A stretch of 63,870 nt of DNA, counting the filler, from Octopus bimaculoides (lineage: Eukaryota), in NCBI RefSeq assembly GCF_001194135.2. It is 9 parts of 7 records of this genome, joined end to end, with 100 filler letters (N's around TTAATTAATTAA, not from the genome) between each part and the next. Parts side by side here need not be neighbours in the genome. Positions count along the whole stretch, not along the records: positions 1 to 2,312 come from NW_026325470.1; positions 2,413 to 5,703 come from NC_069004.1; positions 5,804 to 8,642 come from NC_068994.1; positions 8,743 to 22,182 come from NC_068989.1; 5 more parts are not named here. One strand, 5' to 3'. A program made the position numbers and the translations under genes. Shown one piece after another: positions 1 to 12,382 of the stretch; the first letter of the stretch is position 1; every line of letters begins with the position of its first letter. The notes under the pieces are model-generated. The model did no database searches, had not been told where the DNA came from, and was given only the letters and a program-made list of their open reading frames with translations.

Positions 1-224
1 GATTGGTTATACTTCTACAATGCACAAAAAATCGATTATTGATCCCCGGTTTTGAACTGGTACTTATTTTATCGACTCCGAAAGGATAAAAGGTGAAGTC
101 GACCTCGGCAGAATTTGAACTCAGAACTGAAGAGGGACGAAATGCCGCTGAGCATTACTGTCTGGTGTGCTAACAATTCAGCTACCTCGCTGCCGTTGCA
201 ATGCATAGGATATCTTAACCAAGA

Positions 225-345
225 CAGGTGGTGTTGACAACAAACAGATGTATTAGTTTAACGCTCGGGAAGTGAAAAAGTCTTTAGCGTTTCGGGCCTA
301 CGCTCTTCCGCAGAAAGGAACATGGAAAGAGACAGGGAGAGAAAG
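225..345 (-). mobile_element. Penelope-like terminal-repeat fragment with degenerate hammerhead-like motif (282-317)
   Basis: Shares aacaacaaacag.tgtattagtttaacgctcgggaagtga..aagtcttta.cgtttcg.gcctacgctctt with copies at 8890-9020, 9575-9730 and 42190-42280. Confidence 0.5.
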
Positions 346-361
346 TAAAGAATGTGTAGTG

Positions 362-572
362 GCTGGTGACGAACTGGCAGAATCGTTAGCACGTCGGACG
401 AAGTGCTTAGCGGCATTTCGTCCGTCGCTACGCTTTATGTTCAAAGTCCACCGAGGTCGACTTTGCCTTTCATTCTTCGGGGGTCGATGAAATAAGTACC
501 ACTTACGCACTGGGGTCGATGTAACTGATTTAACCTCCTCCCACAAGCTGCCCTTGTGGCAAAAATTTGAAA

Positions 573-573
<1 letters not shown>
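362..573 (+). mobile_element. Family A tRNA-derived SINE, tail type A3
   Basis: Box A-like TGGCAGAATCGTTAG, box B-like GTTCAAA, central gcctttcat.cttcggggtcgat.aa.taagtacca...ctggggtcgatgtaa, tail gcccttgtggcaaaaatttgaaa + (ATT)n. Also at 2752-2940, 3768-3975, 6564-6772. Confidence 0.85.

Positions 574-574
<1 letters not shown>

Positions 575-655
<81 letters not shown>
575..655. repeat. (ATT)n immediately followed by (AAT)n
   Basis: Direct reading; self-complementary junction at about 604/605. Confidence 0.9.
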
Positions 656-656
<1 letters not shown>

Positions 657-1504
657 TAAGGCAACGAGCTGGCAGAGTCGTTANNNNNNNNNNNNNNNNN
701 NNNNNNNNNNNNNNNNNNNNNNNNNNNNNNNNNNNNNNNNNNNNNNNNNNNNNNNNNNNNNNNNNNNNNNNNNNNNNNNNNNNNNNNNNNNNNNNNNNNN
801 NNNNNNNNNNNNNNNNNNNNNNNNNNNNNNNNNNNNNNNNNNNNNNNNNNNNNNNNNNNNNNNNNNNNNNNNNNNNNNNNNNNNNNNNNNNNNNNNNNNN
901 NNNNNNNNNNNNNNNNNNNNNNNNNNNNNNNNNNNNNNNNNNNNNNNNNNNNNNNNNNNNNNNNNNNNNNNNNNNNNNNNNNNNNNNNNNNNNNNNNNNN
1001 NNNNNNNNNNNNNNNNNNNNNNNNNNNNNNNNNNNNNNNNNNNNNNNNNNNNNNNNNNNNNNNNNNNNNNNNNNNNNNNNNNNNNNNNNNNNNNNNNNNN
1101 NNNNNNNNNNNNNNNNNNNNNNNNNNNNNNNNNNNNNNNNNNNNNNNNNNNNNNNNNNNNNNNNNNNNNNNNNNNNNNNNNNNNNNNNNNNNNNNNNNNN
1201 NNNNNNNNNNNNNNNNNNNNNNNNNNNNNNNNNNNNNNNNNNNNNNNNNNNNNNNNNNNNNNNNNNNNNNNNNNNNNNNNNNNNNNNNNNNNNNNNNGTG
1301 TTTTAATAAAAAAGATAATTCATACGATTATCAAAAAGCGTAGCCGCTGGGTCTGCTAAAAATAAAAGGAAATTTCTCTCAAATTTCACATTAATCTCTT
1401 GGAATAAGAAGGACATAGCGTAAGATGTGGTGACAGATAGAACAAAAACGAAAAAAGTGGGGAAATGGAATATTTTTCGTCGGAGGTTGGTTGAATGGGA
1501 GGCG

Positions 1505-1950
1505 GGGTGGGGCGAGGCTCAACAACAACAACAACAACAACTGCGTTGATGACGTCAGTGCCAGGACAGACAGTATCAAAGCCAATGTCACCTTCACCAT
1601 CAGCATCATCATAATCATCATCGTCATCGTCAGCAGCAGCAGCAACATTTGTACCGGCGTCACTACCACCACCACCAACAAACAACAGCAACAACAGCAA
1701 CATTAAAAGTAGCACTATCACCGTTCCAGCCACGAACACCACAACCATTTCCATCCGTCGTCGTCATCGTCATCGTCATCGTCATCATCAGCCTTCTCAT
1801 CATCACCATCTGCAGCAGAAGTGGCACTATCATCGCTGCCGCCACCACCACTGCCACCACCACTGCCACCTCCATCTTCATCAGTATCAACGTCATCAAC
1901 AGCACCGTCATCATCATTACTATCATCACAGCTGCCAGTAATAATCACCG

Positions 1951-2000
<50 letters not shown>

Positions 2001-2238
2001 GCCATCGTTATCATCATCATCATCATCATCATCATCGTCATCATTATTATTATCATCATCATCATCATCATCATCACCATCATCATCGTTATCATCATCA
2101 TTGTCATTACCATCATCATCGTCATCATCATCATCATCATCATAATCATCATCCTCATCATCATCATCATCATCGTTATCATCATCATCATCATCGTCAT
2201 CATAATCACAATCACTATCATCATCATCCTCATCATTC

Positions 2239-2292
<54 letters not shown>

Positions 2293-2312
2293 CCATCACC
2301 ATCATCATCATC
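1505..2312. repeat. Compound trinucleotide tract (AAC, CAG, CAC, CAT)
   Basis: Long (CAT)n-dominated run; source of the poly-His/Ile/Met ORFs. Confidence 0.95.
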
Positions 2313-2412
2313 NNNNNNNNNNNNNNNNNNNNNNNNNNNNNNNNNNNNNNNNNNNNTTAATTAATTAANNNNNNNNNNNNNNNNNNNNNNNNNNNNNNNN
2401 NNNNNNNNNNNN
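2313..2412. other. Artificial scaffold-join linker (one of eight)
   Basis: 44 N + TTAATTAATTAA + 44 N. The 12-mers start at 2357, 5748, 8687, 22227, 49834, 52037, 59574, 61764. Confidence 0.9.
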
Positions 2413-3187
2413 AAGAAGAAAAATAAGACGACGATGACTGTTGTCGGTGATGATTAAAATATGTTAGTAGTATAAAAGTGTTTTTAATGCCGTTATTGTT
2501 ACATACATAGCATACATTGTGGAGTTTTTACGTCACATTTAGAAAGATTACATAATGTGAAGTGCTTATATTTAATTGTATTTTGGAAAGATTTGTGATG
2601 TTGAAAATAGAGATAACAATAATTCTTGTTTTTATCGTTGTTATAACAATATATACTACTGTTACTTTTCTGTGAAGTTGTGAATTTTTCTTGTTGATTT
2701 GTAAATGTTGTTGTTTGGTTATGTTTCTGTTAATATGTTGTGAACTCGAAGTTGGTGAGTTGGCAGAATCGTTAGCACGCCGGGCAAACAAGGCTTGGCG
2801 GCATTTCGTCCGTCTTAATGTTTTAAGTTCAAATTCCGCTGAGATCGACTTTGCCTGTCATCTTACCGGGATCGATAAAATAAGTACCAGCTGAGTACTT
2901 GGATCACCCAAAATTGCTGGCCTTGTGCCAGAATTTGTAAACAACATTTTGTGAATTCTGCAACACATGTATCATTCAGAGTACGCTTTGCTCAGGTACG
3001 TTTCACTGTCGTTCTCTGACGGCCTTCGACTGTGATGGAAGAAATTTATGCTTGTTTCCAATATACATCGTTTGACTGGCATTCAATGTGCCGCCATTTT
3101 ATCTTTTTTTGTAACATATATATTCGGCGTAAGTTTCTATCGTATATATATTTCTTCTTTTAAGTTCTATCTTTTACTTGTGAATTA

Positions 3188-3460
3188 AGCCTGTTCGTGA
3201 AATTAATGAGCCGTGCAAGTGGATGAATACTCCAAAGACACGCTTACCCATAACGTAGTTCTCAATGAGATTCAGTGTGACACGGGATGAGACAAGACTG
3301 GCCCTTTGAAATACAGCTACTACTCATTTTTGCCAGCTGAATGAACCGGAGCAACGTGAAATGATATGTATTTCTGAAGGACATAACGCGCCGCCAGGAT
3401 TCGAACTCATGGTCTTACGATCGTGATCCGAATAGCCTAACCACTAAACCACACGCCTTC
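3188..3460 (-). mobile_element. Chimeric SINE: E-like head/CORE + family C 3' module
   Basis: 3330-3460 is a tRNA head plus CORE; 3188-3320 aligns to the C tail (gcctg.tcgtgaaattaa..gtgcaagtgg...ggccctttgaaatacag). Confidence 0.7.
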
Positions 3461-4330
3461 ACTGTGCGGTGATAAACGTGAGACTGTATGGCATACTCTG
3501 AATGAGTGGAGAAAGATGACTCAAAAATATACAAAGAAAGATACGATTAACGTCGCAAGAATGGTTCGTTGGGAACTGCATGGTAAATAGGGATGGGAGA
3601 AAGAATAGATGTGGCATGGGTAAAACCCAGACCGAGGAATCGTGAATAACAAGGTAGAGGTACCGTGAATGCTATGATCCAATGTGAATATGAAATTCAA
3701 CATCAAAAGCCAGATATAATAGTTGCGAATAAAAAGGAAAAAACTTGTTTAATCATGGATTGTAATAAGGTGGTGAGCCGGCAGAATTGCTAACGCGCCA
3801 GACAGGAATGCTCGGCGACGTTTCGTCCGTCTTCACGTCCTGGGTTCAAACTCCGTCGAAGGTCGACTTCGTCTTTCAGGGTCGATGAAATTGAGTACCA
3901 GTTGAGTATTAAGGTTGATGTAATCCACTTACTTCCTCCACCGAAACTGCAGGCCATGTGCCAACATTTGAAACCAAACGTCTACAGAAAACAGTATAGT
4001 TTGGAACCGCGCGTATCCTCCACAGAATTGTCGAAGTCAGAGTGACGACTGTTGTCCACTAATTATGAACAAATGATATTTTGTTTTATTCTACAGCAAA
4101 GCTGCAGTGTAAAACAAGTTAAATAATATGAACACAATAAAATCGTTTTATTGCATTCAGCTTCAAATAACTTACTTTTTATCATAATATAAATGTGAGA
4201 GAGCATGTAGAAATAAATGTAATGTATGTTTGTATAGTAGGTATGCTGCTAGAAACAGTAGCCACATAGTCCCCAAACTACAACTTACTGTCTTAGAAAA
4301 TGTCATATTTGATAATGTTTCCGGGTTTCT

Positions 4331-5418
4331 GTGCATACCCGCTGCTTCTGTGGTATCCCCAAAGAAACAATTACGCGTATCATCTCTGCAAGTTCTATGT
4401 TAGCCTCAACTGAAAATAACAAGCACCGCGACAAACTTTGTCAGTATTTGCACGGCATCGTAAGCCGTCAGTTTGGACTCCAATATAAGAAGGTGCATGA
4501 CTCAGTGGCTACAATGTCGGGCTCACAATCATGAGGTAGTGAGTTCGATTCCTGGACCGAGCTGTGTTGTGTTTTTGAGCAAGACACTTTATTTCACGTC
4601 ACTCCAGTTTACTCATCTGTAGAAATAAGTTGAGACATCACTGGTGCCAAGCTGTAACGGTGCTTACCTTTCCCTTGGGTAATGTCGGTGGCGTGGAAAA
4701 AGGAAGTTGGTATGCAGGGGTGACTGCTGGTCTTTCATAAACAACACTGTCTCAGTGGGTAACTCTCTAGGTGCGATCCCATGGTCATTCATGACCAAAG
4801 TGGGTCTTTACTTATAAGAAGGACTGACGGGAACATAGGTCTGGTAATGCAGTAGAAAATAAAGGCGTTGTATTATTTAGTATTCAAACTAATCGTATTA
4901 TTCAATGCAATATTGTACTGAAAAATTACATTCATAAAGCCTCTTTGCTCACAGATATGGCAACCCTAGCAGACTGCAGCACTTGTGGGGTAAGAATGTT
5001 TCAAAAGTTAAATACAAAGACCTTGAAATAGAGGTCTCAAAATGTAGCCTTTAAGAACGACAGGTCTAACAGCGATCATCAGAGTCTTCGGGATAATACC
5101 AAGAGCACTCTTAAATTCTATGGTGAAATACCAGGGGACCAAAAGTAACAGAATCACAAAACATTACTATCATGGGGAGTACTGCATGTATCCGAAGGGA
5201 AGCACGATCGACCTGAGGATATCTGAATCTTTTAAAATCTTTCAAAATTGCAAATATTACAACAACCTTTTAACGAAATCTTCAATCTTATTGTCTGGTC
5301 GCCTTTCCCCTCATAAATAACACCTACAGTAGAATGTCCAACTTGTTGGTTAGTGGAGGTTCCTGGGTGAGAATTGCAACAGTTTGTATTAAACATAGGC
5401 AACAACAACAACGAAATG

Positions 5419-5475
<57 letters not shown>
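4331..5475 (+). mobile_element. Decayed R4/Dong-like (RLE) non-LTR retrotransposon 3' end, split by a SINE
   Basis: CFCGIPKETITRIISASSMLASTENNKHRDKLCQYLHGIVSRQFGL (CCHC knuckle remnant); after the SINE, frameshifted IQTNRII..IVLK..LLTDM and KYKDLEIEVSK motifs; (AAT)n tail. Confidence 0.7.
4494..4812 (+). mobile_element. Family E CORE-type SINE with TSD
   Basis: tRNA-like head (gactcagtggct...gagttcgattcc), CORE-like ttgagcaagacactttatttcacg..ctccagtttactcatctgtag; TSD tataagaagg at 4484-4493 and 4813-4822. Confidence 0.8.
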
Positions 5476-5803
5476 TCACAAGCATTGTTTATTGTGGAAA
5501 GCACCAAACACTTAGACGCTATTTTTTTTCAGTAGGTGAAACATGAATTCTTTGTCTTACAACACACACATACGCGCACAAACACACACACTCATACAAT
5601 ACACACACGCGCACACACACACACACATACACACACATATATGCATACATTTACGTACATACACGTAACTGCGTAAATACATATATATATATATATATAT
5701 ATANNNNNNNNNNNNNNNNNNNNNNNNNNNNNNNNNNNNNNNNNNNNTTAATTAATTAANNNNNNNNNNNNNNNNNNNNNNNNNNNNNNNNNNNNNNNNN
5801 NNN

Positions 5804-5911
5804 ATATATATATATATACACACACATATATATACATACATAATACATACATAATACATACATACATACATACATACATACATACATACATGTACGCATG
5901 CATATATATGC

Positions 5912-5946
<35 letters not shown>

Positions 5947-6277
5947 AGTGAATATTTGTCTCTCTATATATCGATCTTTTTCCATCTTTCATACCTACTT
6001 TCTCATACATATAAGCATAAAAATTTACTATATCTATCTATCTATCTATTTACCTACCAACCCACCTACCTACCTACCTACCTACCTACCTACCAGCCTA
6101 CCTACCTACCTACCTACCTACCTACCTACCAACCTACCTACCTATGTACAGTAATACATGCATACATACGTACGTACATATGTACCAACATGTACATGAA
6201 AATTATCATTTTTGCCGAGATTCTGAACAGTGCAATTAACTCTAGATGACACAACCTCTGCTTTACATGAGAGAGAG

Positions 6278-6335
<58 letters not shown>
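5804..6335. repeat. Compound microsatellite (TA, TACA, TG, TATC, CCTA, GA)
   Basis: Direct reading. Confidence 0.95.
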
Positions 6336-6338
<3 letters not shown>

Positions 6339-7089
6339 CATAGAGAGAAGGAGGGAGAATAATGTGAGAAATAAAGGAGGTGTCGAAACAAAATAAAGGA
6401 GTGGATAAGATAGTAACCTATCATTCAAAGACATTGGTCGTGAGTTCACATTCTGCATAAGCAATTCATGTTGACTACTAGCAACTCAGTTCTCCGTTCA
6501 CATAGCTTTTGGGAAAATATATACCAGGATTTTATATGGAAAGAATTTTTTCCATTATTATTCTGGCGAGCTAGCAGAATCGTTAGTGTGTCGAACAAAA
6601 TGGTTCGCAGCATTTCTTCTGGTTCTTTATGTTCTAAGTTCAAATGCCGCCGAGGTTGACTTCGACTTTCATGCGTCCGCGGTCGATAAAAATAACTACA
6701 AGTTGAGCACTGGTGCCGATGTAAGCGACTTCCCCTCTCTCCAAAATTGTTGGCTTTGTGCCAAAATTTGAAAAAATTATTTAGTCAGACGAGAAAGGGT
6801 ACCACCCAAGATCTTTGTGTTGGGTTTCCGAGATTGGTTGAAAAAAAAATGGAAGTTATAATCAAGAGAGTAACTAGGCTCCGAAGCTTGCAGTAAAATG
6901 GACTCTACTAAAGCAACTAACACGGATTTCGGTCTCCTGTCAAGATCCTGGTCGACAACAAGTAACAAACAGCCAGCATTGACGGGACGCTGATATAAGA
7001 TAAGGTGTTAAACACTAGTGGTATGCAAATCGGTTACTCCAGCTCTCTGTAGCTTTAATGTGATATGTATTCTTTTATTCTTTTATTCT

Positions 7090-7274
7090 TTTATTTATTT
7101 CCGTCATTTGACTGCGGCCATGCTGGAACACCGCCTTGAAGGATTTTAGTCAAACAAATCGAACCCAGGACTTATTTCTTAAGCTTAGTACTTATTCTAT
7201 AGTTCTCTTTTATCGAAAGTGTAAACACTCCAACACTGCTTGTCAAGCGGTGATGGGAGGGGGAAGAAACACTG

Positions 7275-7313
<39 letters not shown>

Positions 7314-7480
7314 CGACGGACTTCTTTCAGTTTCCGCCCTACCAAATCCATTCACAAGGCTTTGGTCAGCTCGAGGCTATAGTAGAAGGCATTTGGCAAA
7401 GGCGCCATGCAGCGTGATTGAGCCCGGAACCATGTGGTTTGAGAAGCAAGCTTTTTACCACACAGCTGCGCCTGCGACTA
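7090..7480 (-). mobile_element. Full-length family B SINE
   Basis: Reverse complement of the B consensus. Other copies: 9401-9972(+), 22961-23335(-), 26240-26580(-), 39353-39912(-), 41340-41560(-), 43490-43690(-), 44163-44325(-), 45745-45888(-), 59978-60346(+), 63430-63580(+). Confidence 0.85.
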
Positions 7481-8339
7481 TATGTTAAACTATTTAAATT
7501 ATATGCTGTTGTACATATCAAATTCCATTAAATTCAATGCAATTTTTATATGTAAATATAACTGAAGAAAACCAATAAAATTCCTTGTAAAAAGGCATAT
7601 TTTATTGCGCGAGTTTTCAAAAGACACGAAAATGTTGAATTATTGGATTTTATTTACAATATTTTCAATTTTATTTTCATTGATATTTAGCGTTGGTAAT
7701 ATAATTTACAATGTTCTTCAACATATGCGTTTAAATATTGAATAATATGTAAGTATGAATTAAAGATTTGTAGACATATGCTGTAGACTATTTAATGTGT
7801 TGGTCTGAGCTTATAAGTAGCAATAGAAAAGTAATGAGCCTCGTCCGGTAAATACAGAAGCAGGAATAATGTTCTTAATCATCTGTAATGAAATATGTGG
7901 TGTAGAATAGGAAAGCTAATGTACTTTAATAAAGCCTAATTATAACAGAGTTTATCTGTTGTAAGCGTAATTGAAAATGTTGATCATCAATCAATATATA
8001 TATAATATGCTATCATATATATTTTTTGTGAGTAATACTTAACCATTTCAAGATGTTAATATATGATTTATATGATTTACTCTTTATATGATTTACTTTC
8101 TAAATTACTCGACATTCATTCATTAAACCCGGGCTCTCCTTATTGGTTGGAGCCGTTCTGTTTATTTTTGTATTCGAAAGTTCACTCCGCTGTCTATTTT
8201 TTTCTTTTTCATAATGCTCTTCTACTGTTTTTATGCTTATAAATTCTGATGATCAAATTAATTTTCTCTTTTTTCTCATTGATAAATGTAATCTACATAC
8301 ATACATACATACATACATACATACATGCATACATACATA

Positions 8340-8510
8340 CAGCCGTTTTAACGATGTGTCCTGCCCTACTCTTCGAAATGCCTGTGTTAGAATGGGGGCA
8401 GCTGATGAAGGAGATGTTCTCTATGTGGCCTGTGTGTTTTCTGTACTCGTTTATCATTTTGTCTACGCTTTGTTTACAATGTCCTGTACCCAGATATGCA
8501 TCTATATATA
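8340..8510 (+). mobile_element. Unclassified dispersed repeat (second copy about 54395-54600)
   Basis: Both have ..gaaatgc..gta.a.tgg.g...gca.ctga[t/a]gaagg..at.ttct.tatgt.gc.tgt....atgtcctgtaccca.atatgc; CTGANGAAGG present but no GAAAC half. Confidence 0.45.
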
Positions 8511-8573
8511 CAGGTAGATGTAAGTATGTACATACATGCACGTATATATGCATATACTCATTTATTATTTGTA

Positions 8574-8604
<31 letters not shown>

Positions 8605-8889
8605 CATACATACATACATACATACATACATACATACATACANNNNNNNNNNNNNNNNNNNNNNNNNNNNNNNNNNNNNNNNNNNNTTAATTAATTAANN
8701 NNNNNNNNNNNNNNNNNNNNNNNNNNNNNNNNNNNNNNNNNNGCAGCTGAGGAGTACATTTTCATTGCACATCCTATATGGTGTTCTCACTACATAAATA
8801 AATGAAGTTTGTACGAAACGTACGTACTGCTATAACCTATTGAATTTTTGTTGCTTTTCTTCAAATATAGAGATAGATAGATAGATAGA

Positions 8890-9020
8890 TAGTTCAAATT
8901 TACAGAAAACAAAAAATGAAGACAGGTGAGGGAACAACAAGCAGGTATATTAGTTTGATGCTCAGGAAGAATGGAAAAGTCTTTAACATTTCAAACCTAA
9001 ACTCTTCAACAGAAAGGGTT
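8890..9020 (-). mobile_element. Penelope-like terminal-repeat fragment, same family as 225-345
   Basis: Alignable by eye with the 225-345 and 9575-9730 copies; hammerhead-like remnant at 8981-9016. Confidence 0.5.
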
Positions 9021-9574
9021 GAGAAGAAAACAAAATAGAAAGAGAAGAGAATGTGTAGGGATTATGATGAAATGACCAGAAGAAAGAGGCTGAGTGAAAG
9101 GGAGATAATAACCTAACTGAACTAGGGTGTGCAAGCACATTACATATATATATATATATATATATATAGTTAACAATTGTTTGGTTTTTTAAAAGGAGGG
9201 AGATTTAAGAGGAAGAGTAAGTGAACATGAATTTTAGATTAACTAAGACTGGCCAGCCTTCTTATGAGTGAATGTTTATGGTAATGGAGTGACGACTGTA
9301 GGGTTGGAGGTATTCAAATTAGTGTTCTTAGAGCATAACTTCAATTCCACTGATGACAGTTTGCAGTGTTTAGTGAGAAAAACACATTATTTTAATATTT
9401 TAGGTGCAGGCATGGCTACATTGTAAGAAGCTTTCTTCTCAGCCACATGGTTTTGGGTTCAGTCTCACTGCTTGGCATTTTGGGCAAGTCCTCTGCTGTA
9501 GCCTTAGACCAACCAAAGCACTGTGAGTAGATTTGGTCGCTGGAAATTGAAAGAAGCCTGTCATATATATATAT

Positions 9575-9730
9575 TTTTCTCTCTCTATTTCTGTGTTCCT
9601 TTCTGTTGAAGAGCGTGGGCTTGAAACATGAAAGACTTTCTCACTTCCCGAGCATTAAATTAATACACCTGTTGTTTACACACCTGTCTTCATTTGTTTT
9701 GTTTTTTTTTGTAAATTCCAACTATATATA
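9575..9730 (+). mobile_element. Penelope-like terminal-repeat fragment inside the microsatellite of a family B SINE
   Basis: ctttctgttgaagagcgtgggcttgaaacatgaaag at 9599-9634; flanked by B-SINE CORE upstream and B-SINE tail downstream. Confidence 0.5.
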
Positions 9731-9987
9731 CCTATATATGCATGTGTGTGTCTGTGTGTGTGTGTGTGTGTGTGCTTTTGTGTCTGTGTTTGTCCCTTAC
9801 TACCACTTGACAAATGACACTAGTGTGTTTACATCTCCATAATTTAGTAGTTCAGCAAAAGAGAATAAGAATTAGGCTTAAAAAAATAAGTCCAGGGGTC
9901 AATTTGTTTGACTAAAGTCCTTCAAGATGGTACCCCAGCATAGCCACAGTCACATGACCGAAAGAAGTAAAAGAAAGAAGATATATA

Positions 9988-11045
9988 GATGGCCTTTTCC
10001 AAGTGAGGCAGCTTAAGGAAAAATATTTAGCTAAAAGTAGACCCTTATACTTGACATTCATTGACCCAGAGAAGGCCTTCAATTAGAGTTTTCACATTCT
10101 ACAATTTAGTAGTTGCTAACAAAACTAGCTGCAGTTTGATAGCTTGTGAGAGCTGCACAAGCCCTTGACAGAGGTGCAATGTGAGAGTAATGAGTACAGC
10201 AATTGATTTAGCATGCAGGTAGGGATCCATCAGAGCTCATTCCTCATTCCACTTTTGCTTGTGGCAAAAATGCCAATAATCTAGTTCTTATAATCAAACT
10301 GATCAAAGATTAGGAAAAGAAATTCCAGACAAGAAAGCAAATCCTAGAATCAAAAATTCACAAAGTGAACTTAGCAAAAATTAAAGAACAGTGTAGCCAG
10401 TGTAAGCTAAGAATGCTAAGAGTGAAGGTAAATTTTATATACAGGAGATGAACAGGTGCAGTAAGCAGTAAGAGCAAATATGAAACAGGTTCCTTCAAAT
10501 GCTTAGGAGCTCCTAAGAAGTTGACTTTTGTCATCTAGGTGACCTACTTAGTAATGAAAGTGGGGTAGATGTCCCGAAAGCATAAAAGCCAAAGTAGAAA
10601 TGGACTAGAAAAGTTCAGGGAGCTATTATCTCTGCTGGTAACAAAAGATTTCTCTCTCAGAGTAAGGAACAGATTGGTGCTTGTATACAAAGTGCTAAGC
10701 GAAAGGCAGTAATACATGAGTGCTGATGCAAAGAGAATGTTCTGCTGGATGGATGTATAATGGTTGTGTGTATGAATGATAAGGGTATAAGTGAGCTGAG
10801 AAAAGAACTGGATATGAAAGCTATCAGATGCATGTAAGAAGACTGTGCTGGAACAAGCATGTGGCAAACATGGAGGATTAAAGCCGTGTAAAGAATGCCA
10901 AGTTCTCAAAGTGAAAAGAGTCTGTGAAAGAGGGATACATGATGATGTAAAGCCTGATCTCAAGATGCTCAGATTTGGAAATGAAATGATAAAAAACCAT
11001 GATAATTAACAACATGCAGTGCTGAAGAAGACTAGCCCAATAGTA
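9988..11045 (+). mobile_element. Decayed RTE-clade LINE reverse transcriptase and C-terminal fragment
   Basis: DGLFQVRQLKEKYLAKSRPLYLTFIDPEKAFN*, then broken GIHQ, YLGD-like and KFRELLSLLVTKDFSLRV motifs; many stops and frameshifts. Confidence 0.8.
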
Positions 11046-12382
11046 GAAACTTGGCAAAACAAACTCTAAAATAGTAGTAATGATGGAAGCTCAAATGTAA
11101 TGTATCTAAATTTGGGTCTCTTATTCATTAAGTTACTAACCCAACTCCTACCACTCTGTAACATTTCACTTGTGTAACAAGGGATGGTACTGAATCTTTC
11201 TGTGGTCAATCCCTCACACTACTATATTATCACTCTACCTCTCTCTCCCATCATGATGGGACAAGGATTAAACTGGATCTACTCATATCCAACAGACCCT
11301 TACCATTACCTGCCTGCATGTTAACCATTATTCCTCCTCTCCCAGATCACTCATATTGGCATCTATTGTTCTCTTATCACTATATGCCTTAATTAATATC
11401 CATCACTCACTCTTTCAGTTAACATGTAACTATAATCCCAGTCAATGCTGTCTTTCTTATTTCATTACTCCTGGTCACACCGTTTCTCTCATCATACCAT
11501 TACAAGTTTCAAATGAGAGTGGCAAGGGATTGTCTATAACTCAGAACTGAACAAAAATAAAAAGTAACTTTTTTTTTTTGTCGTTTTCTTTTACAATGTT
11601 TATATCTATCTTTTGCCCAACAGATACACTCAGAAATGCATTAATATTCTTTAACACAGTTTCTATCGAACAAATTCCACTCGCAAGGCATTGGTTAAAC
11701 CAAGGATAAAGGAGCAAACATTTGCTTAAGGTGTTTTGCAGTGGAATTGAACCTAGAACATGGTTTTGATAGAAGAATATGTACCAGTCAACCCAGATTT
11801 TTTTTATCTTGACATCCTACCATTAGACCTACAAGTGGTTTGAATTAATAACTGGTATGTACAATAGCCTATTACATGCTAGATGTATCTGAGCCAACAA
11901 AACAGCTATGATATAATCTGTTGATCTGCTAGAAATAGGAGCCAAGTCTCCACCAAATTAGATCCAACTATCTTTAAAAAGGACACACTGAATAATGCAG
12001 ACCTAGGTGCACACTGCCAGATGGAAAAGAAAAAGAAGCTTAAAGGCTAAACAAGTGACATCTACTACAAGAGAGATTCCAAAAATTAAAGTAAATTGCT
12101 TTGTAAACAAAATAAAAAACTAGTGGTTGCATTGTTGGAACTACTTTTGTCAGTGCTTCTGCGAGAGAGCATGGACACAAACTCAACTCCTTCCTTCACC
12201 ATTGACAGATCTCTACATTAAGGGTTCCCAACCTTGAGTGCCTACATTGCTTGGGGGCATTAGACAGTATTTCAGGTGGTGTGACAAAGAGGAAAGTATT
12301 TACTTCATGAAAGTCAATTTACAGAATAAAATTCATGACTAACTCTTAGAAACAACTTTATACTATCAAACACACTAAAAAC

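Noticed and set aside
1649-2368. Poly-His, poly-Ile and poly-Met ORFs
   Set aside because: (CAT)n microsatellite open in several frames; no splice or domain support.
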